Shown here piece by piece: positions 27,474-32,000 of a DNA stretch of 32,000 bases. Every line of letters begins with the position of its first letter. Position 1 is the stretch's first letter. Origin of the DNA: an archaeon (GTDB lineage: Archaea; Asgardarchaeota; Thorarchaeia; Thorarchaeales; Thorarchaeaceae); contig JAJRZD010000017.1 in the NCBI GenBank assembly GCA_024275415.1, positions 1-32,000 on the forward strand, given 5' to 3'. The notes beneath the pieces were generated by a model. The model was not told the DNA's origin. It was given only the letters and a program-made list of their open reading frames with translations, and did not search any database. Both the position numbers and the translations under genes were made by a program.

Positions 27474-28801
27474 TGCCAAAAAAGAAATCTAGGTCGCGCA
27501 AGTCGAAACGTAACGACCTGATCCAGTTCAGGACCTATGGTCTATTGATATTGACTGTATTCTTGATTGCTCTTATCGCCGGAACCATCGCGTTCACCAG
27601 GATGAGCACTGTTGACATACCTCTACGTTCGCGATGGCAAGTCGTGGCTGGACTCACACGTGTCGAACACAACGGCATCACATTAACTTCTACTGAAAGC
27701 TATCCTATGACGAATGATAGTTACTTTGGGGCTGCGCTTTCAAAATACAAGCTTCTAGATGGATCTGATTACACATACACCATAACACAACCACTGCCTC
27801 CATTCACGCAATATACCGCCGATATGCCTACCGAATGGTATCCTTACATAGGTTCTCCTAAGATACGGGTTCAAGTGTCAAACCCTGTACATGTGACGCG
27901 GACCCGCTCATTCAGTGGGTGGAGCAACTGGTATCCCGTCGATGATACTGAAGCATATCGCACGTACACTGTCGAGTTGAACGACACTATCATCAAGTAT
28001 GACCATCATGTGTATCTCGTCACAGTCGAGATGACAACCGAGGCAAGAGTGAAATTCATAGGAGGCATTCTGGGCCCACGTGTCGACGGCAACGAGTGGA
28101 TTGGGACATGCGAGGGTTTGCCACGCGTGAAAGAGGCATCGTTACGAGTGTTCTTCGAGTTCTCGCTGCCGACTTAGAGCATCAAAGTCGGCGACATCTG
28201 GCGAGAGAACGGCACAACATATGTCATCGGGGACACTTTCGCAGGAATAATGAGTGCCACAGTTGCACAGGTGGAACTTGGAACAGTCGCGGGATTCCCA
28301 GATGAGCACACATATGGCGGAAAAGTGATTGCAGGAAACACAGTCGGCTATCCCGTCAACATGTGGAACTTGACGACCAACACCTTTCTGCAGAATTTTT
28401 ACGACATTGCGGAGTCAGACAAGGAGTCCCTAGGCCAAATCCAAGATGTGCCTCGCAGTGTGGCAGTAGAGGTGGACGGCACGCTTCTGGCTGGCAGCTT
28501 GGTCGGACTGGAAGGATGGCCAATTCAGTACTGGGCATCTGTGGATCCAATCGACAAATTCCTGAAAACGACTATCAGAATAGATGTTCTCCAGATGCAC
28601 AAGAGCGTTCGGCTCTCTGGGGATCAACCGACCGCAAGCAATCCGCTCGGTGACAATCCGCCTGATGACCCTCCTGGATTATTCGAGTGGCTCGAAATTG
28701 ATCCAGTAGCGGGATTCATGATAGTCATTGCAGTGATTGGCATTCTCATAGCACTCGGGTTCGTGCTGATGATGTTCTCACGATTGATCAGGGGGATATA
28801 A
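27473..28801 (+). CDS. Double-anchored membrane protein interrupted by an in-frame TAG at 28175-28177 (442 aa if read through; otherwise 234-aa and 183-aa pieces)
   Basis: Track ORFs 27473-28177 and 28250-28801 share a frame. The 72 nt between them are open (SIKVGDIWRENGTTYVIGDTFAGI). The N-part carries the only N-terminal TM and the C-part the C-terminal TM. Confidence 0.75.
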
Positions 28802-28833
28802 CAATCGGACGACCAGCGCAGCACATCGAACAA

Positions 28834-29229
28834 ATGGTCTTGAGAACAGACTCTTCAGATGAAGATGTTTTTGCTGAGCTAAAACAGGATATCCTCATAG
28901 CAGTCATTCTACTCATACTGATGGCAATCGCGCATGAGCTTGGGCACTGGCTGGCATTCACGATCTGTCACTGGGAACTGCGCGATTACGGGTTCTATGC
29001 AACAATTCGCATCTCATGGATGGGCCTTGAAACTGTACCAAATAAGAAGATGTCAATCTTTGACCCACTCGTGACACTGGGAGGTCTGTTTGGGACATTG
29101 CCTTTCAGGCATTTGTGGGCGCGTGTGAGGGATTTTTCCAAGTCTGTAATATTCATCAGCATCGCCTATGGACTCGTCGAATCTTCGCTGTATTTCTTAG
29201 GAATGCCAATCGGAGCATTGATGAGGTGA
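28834..29229 (+). CDS. Small M50-like / zincin HExxH membrane metalloprotease
   Basis: AHELGHW lies in a TM helix; downstream 'LVTLGGLFG' resembles the M50 xAGP motif; further TM at the C-terminus. Confidence 0.65.
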   Translation: MVLRTDSSDEDVFAELKQDILIAVILLILMAIAHELGHWLAFTICHWELRDYGFYATIRISWMGLETVPNKKMSIFDPLVTLGGLFGTLPFRHLWARVRDFSKSVIFISIAYGLVESSLYFLGMPIGALMR

Positions 29230-29233
29230 TGGA

Positions 29234-32000
29234 ATGAAAAGAAGTATAATTGTCGGTATCATTGCGTTGTTAATCGTGCAGGGATTCAGTGTCATACCTC
29301 TCGACGAACCGACGCCAACATACCGAGGAATGACCGACGAGGCAACAAAATTCACTAAATTCGAAACAGCAGCGGACGGCGACATAAGTAACCAAAGCAT
29401 CACACAGTTTTCTGAAACGCTGCCAGACGATGTGATGTTGTTTCCAGACCAGAACATTTCAACATGGTTTGATGATGCGAATGCAGAATACACTCATCAA
29501 GGCTCAATTAGTGGAGACTACACGGACACATTCGTGAACGACGGAGTCTATCACTATGTGGCAAACATCGGTGGTAGCAGTATCGAATACACATTCGTGC
29601 TGCCTTCCTCCGTCGCGACATTGCACAAACCGTTGCAAGTAAGATGGAATGGTAAAATCGGAGGCAGCTCTTCCAATCCACACGAAGCCAAAATTTCAAT
29701 TTGGGATTGGTCAACATCATCGTATGACACGCTGCAGGGCTGGACTGTAGTAACAAAGAACACAGAATTCACGTGGACAGATGACATAAGCACGGATTCG
29801 AACTGGTACACGACCGATGTTGATGGCAACATAACTCTAAGAATACGAGTTGACGGGCGAAACAACGATGTGTCTTGGAACTGCATTACATACGTAGATG
29901 AACTCGCCGTTGAATACTATCGTCCTGGCTCATTCGACGAGGACTTCACAGACATATCTGACTGGATCGCATATCAGACAGAAGACCCAGGTGACACCAT
30001 CACTACTGATGGTGATGTCCTCAACATAACAGGGGAATACAAAGGAACCTCGACTGATTATGACTATTATTACACTAATGCCGTATCAATTTCGGATGCA
30101 TCGTCATATTACATAGAATACCGTGCATATAAACCAAAATTCGCGGGTGTTAATGGCCCGTATATCTGCTTCTTCTCTGCTGATGACCTATCTGGCAGTT
30201 ATGGAAAGGCAGTAATGCCGATTTCTGGAAGTGAATACACTACATATAGATACATTCTATCAGATTTTGGCGTGACTGGGGAAATTGAATCGTTTTACAT
30301 CACAGCCTACACAAATACGGCGGGCGAAGAATGGGAAATGAATTTCGACTACATCCGAATTTTCCAATCGAACGAATCCGGATGGGCGCACGATGGAAGC
30401 ACGACAGAATCCATCGGACTGGGAGCCTATGCATCCATTTCCTCGGACGGCGATGTATTGACGTTCACAGAAACAGCGAACGCACAGGCATTTGATTTTT
30501 GGATAGACTACACATCAACGAATGCTAAAATTAGCACATCTGATTATCAGTTCTTAGAATTCAAAATAGACTCTACGACGAGCGGGGACGGAGACACAAG
30601 GACATACTTGCCAAGAGTCTATGAGGACACATCAACTTACGTGAACATCTTTGATTACGTCAATGACACAGGTGTTTTCAGATTCAATTTGAAAGCCGCT
30701 GGTTTGTCATATGTACGAAACATCAGGTTTTATCTCGAAGATGCATCTGACTCGTTCACACTCGATTATATCAAGATCTATTCTATTGCGGGTTTCAAAG
30801 TCACCGAATCATCTACAACAACAAATGATGTGATTCATGTTGACAATGGTATTTTGAAATCATCAATCGATTCTGGTTTTTTTGTCTTGAACCGAGAACC
30901 ATCAACACAATTTGATTCGAGTGTGTATAATGTCGTGAATGTGACAGCATCACAATATTCATCATTAGACTATGTGAAGATTACTTACAGCGATGGTCTT
31001 TTATCTGCACCAATTTACTTCACACGTGGAACAACATTCACAGCTGGAAAAGGACCAAATACGTTAGATTTTTACTTCACCTTGAGGGACAATAGTTCAA
31101 TCTCCGCCATCGAGTTCTGGAGCGACTCAACTCCGCCAAGCGTCCAGGAGAAGTACAGTAATCCTCGGGATCCGACGACCGCTGATAATGTCACAATAGA
31201 GGTGCAATCAAATGATATTGTTGGACTCTATACCTGTACAGCAAGAATTCTTGAACAACCCGATAGTTCGTCATTGTCGGATATATCATTGGCATTAGAA
31301 TACACAGGTTCATCAGGACTGGAATTATGGAGCTATACTATTGGCAGCAATTCACTCAGTGCCGGTAGATATTTGTTCGAGATTGACGCCTTTGATGGTG
31401 CCAACCACGACTACGCATTTCTTTCATTCACTGTCACAGAAGACTATCGTTTGACACGCATCAGGATTCGATCTAATCTCATCGGCGTGGATCAGTACAT
31501 CCCCTTCGAGCAGTTCGATGTGTATCTGAATGGTTCATTGTTATTGGACAACATCTTCGAAGCAGACACGTCGAAAGCGTACAACATAACGGTGAAGGAC
31601 CGCTGGGCCAATACTCTAAACTCTACTGTGTTTGCATGGTCAGCGGACATTGTGATTGACGTTCCTGTGTATTCACTCAAAGTCGTGTCCTGGTACGAGG
31701 ACTTCGTGTACTTCAATCTTACACGTGGGGGTACCGAATATTCAGAGGTAATTACTCCACTCGACACGGTTCCGTTCCTCCTCTTCCAGGGTAATTATAC
31801 ATGGGAAACAGATTACCGGAATGGTTCTGTGATTTCCGGCTCTCTTTCACTGACACGTTCTGACGCGATAGTGATTACTGGGAATACAATCGCGGATTTA
31901 GCAAGCCTTTCGACCTCCATATTGAACATGACGACAACCATCAATGTGACCGTGACCACGACACAGAATCAAGTCATCTCGATATCTATCGACCTCACAA
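29234..32000 (+). CDS. Large secreted adhesin/spike-like glycoprotein, 3'-partial (>922 aa); missing from the ORF track
   Basis: ATG at 29234 follows GAGGTGA. I translated the frame by hand and found no stop to the window end. Signal peptide MKRSIIVGIIALLIVQG, ~140-aa internal repeats, about 17 NxS/T sequons. Confidence 0.9.
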   Translation, partial: MKRSIIVGIIALLIVQGFSVIPLDEPTPTYRGMTDEATKFTKFETAADGDISNQSITQFSETLPDDVMLFPDQNISTWFDDANAEYTHQGSISGDYTDTFVNDGVYHYVANIGGSSIEYTFVLPSSVATLHKPLQVRWNGKIGGSSSNPHEAKISIWDWSTSSYDTLQGWTVVTKNTEFTWTDDISTDSNWYTTDVDGNITLRIRVDGRNNDVSWNCITYVDELAVEYYRPGSFDEDFTDISDWIAYQTEDPGDTITTDGDVLNITGEYKGTSTDYDYYYTNAVSISDASSYYIEYRAYKPKFAGVNGPYICFFSADDLSGSYGKAVMPISGSEYTTYRYILSDFGVTGEIESFYITAYTNTAGEEWEMNFDYIRIFQSNESGWAHDGSTTESIGLGAYASISSDGDVLTFTETANAQAFDFWIDYTSTNAKISTSDYQFLEFKIDSTTSGDGDTRTYLPRVYEDTSTYVNIFDYVNDTGVFRFNLKAAGLSYVRNIRFYLEDASDSFTLDYIKIYSIAGFKVTESSTTTNDVIHVDNGILKSSIDSGFFVLNREPSTQFDSSVYNVVNVTASQYSSLDYVKITYSDGLLSAPIYFTRGTTFTAGKGPNTLDFYFTLRDNSSISAIEFWSDSTPPSVQEKYSNPRDPTTADNVTIEVQSNDIVGLYTCTARILEQPDSSSLSDISLALEYTGSSGLELWSYTIGSNSLSAGRYLFEIDAFDGANHDYAFLSFTVTEDYRLTRIRIRSNLIGVDQYIPFEQFDVYLNGSLLLDNIFEADTSKAYNITVKDRWANTLNSTVFAWSADIVIDVPVYSLKVVSWYEDFVYFNLTRGGTEYSEVITPLDTVPFLLFQGNYTWETDYRNGSVISGSLSLTRSDAIVITGNTIADLASLSTSILNMTTTINVTVTTTQNQVISISIDLT

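Larger units (their letters stand above)
24250..32000 (+). mobile_element. Putative integrated element/provirus structural module (left boundary approximate; continues beyond the window)
   Basis: An ~800-bp repeat-rich non-coding gap is followed by tightly packed co-oriented genes without housekeeping homology, all membrane-anchored or secreted, ending in a large adhesin-like ORF. No integrase or capsid hallmark is visible. Confidence 0.55.

Noticed and set aside
64-31767. Numerous short antisense or alternate-frame ORFs in the track (e.g. 7042-7377, 18278-18874, 29197-29886, 31492-31767)
   Set aside because: They are nested in longer ORFs with clear family motifs or in the open 29234 frame, so they are shadow ORFs.
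1-32000. Genome-wide TAG reassignment (e.g. to pyrrolysine)
   Set aside because: Well-conserved genes (YyaL at 8994, gamma-lyase at 15150, radical SAM at 21246) end at TAG at their expected C-termini, so TAG is a normal stop here.
1-32000. CRISPR array, rRNA or tRNA genes
   Set aside because: I saw no regularly spaced repeat-spacer units and no cloverleaf. GGGGGTTCG at about 22392 resembles a T-loop start but has no matching stems.

Overview
Archaeal genomic window. Evidence: GGAGG/GGTGA-type Shine-Dalgarno sites, an AF0577/TIGR04084-like radical SAM gene and archaeal-style surface proteins. The gene set suggests Thorarchaeia/Asgard, but that is inference. Bases 1-24170 look like ordinary host chromosome: HDAC/AcuC deacetylase, SCP2-like protein, degenerate amidohydrolase, thioredoxin-like and PRC-barrel proteins, CruF-like membrane protein, MBL hydrolase, YyaL/SSP411, SBP-5-like surface protein, C39-like peptidase, cystathionine beta-synthase/gamma-lyase pair, DUF3160, cation:proton antiporter, radical SAM/SPASM enzyme and two GNATs. 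A decayed IS607-type TnpA remnant appears to lie at about 4770-5290. From about 24250 the character changes. An ~800 bp non-coding region holds direct repeats, inverted repeats and a run of hairpins. It is followed by a co-oriented operon of membrane-anchored or secreted proteins that includes two putative intramembrane metalloproteases (CPBP/Rce1-type and M50-like HExxH). The operon ends in a >922-aa sequon-rich adhesin-like ORF that runs off the window and is missing from the supplied ORF track. I read this as the structural module of an integrated, possibly enveloped archaeal virus, or an undescribed surface-assembly system; no integrase or capsid hallmark is visible here. The most striking detail is an in-frame amber codon at 28175-28177, at the apex of a hairpin, which splits what reads as one 442-aa double-anchored protein.
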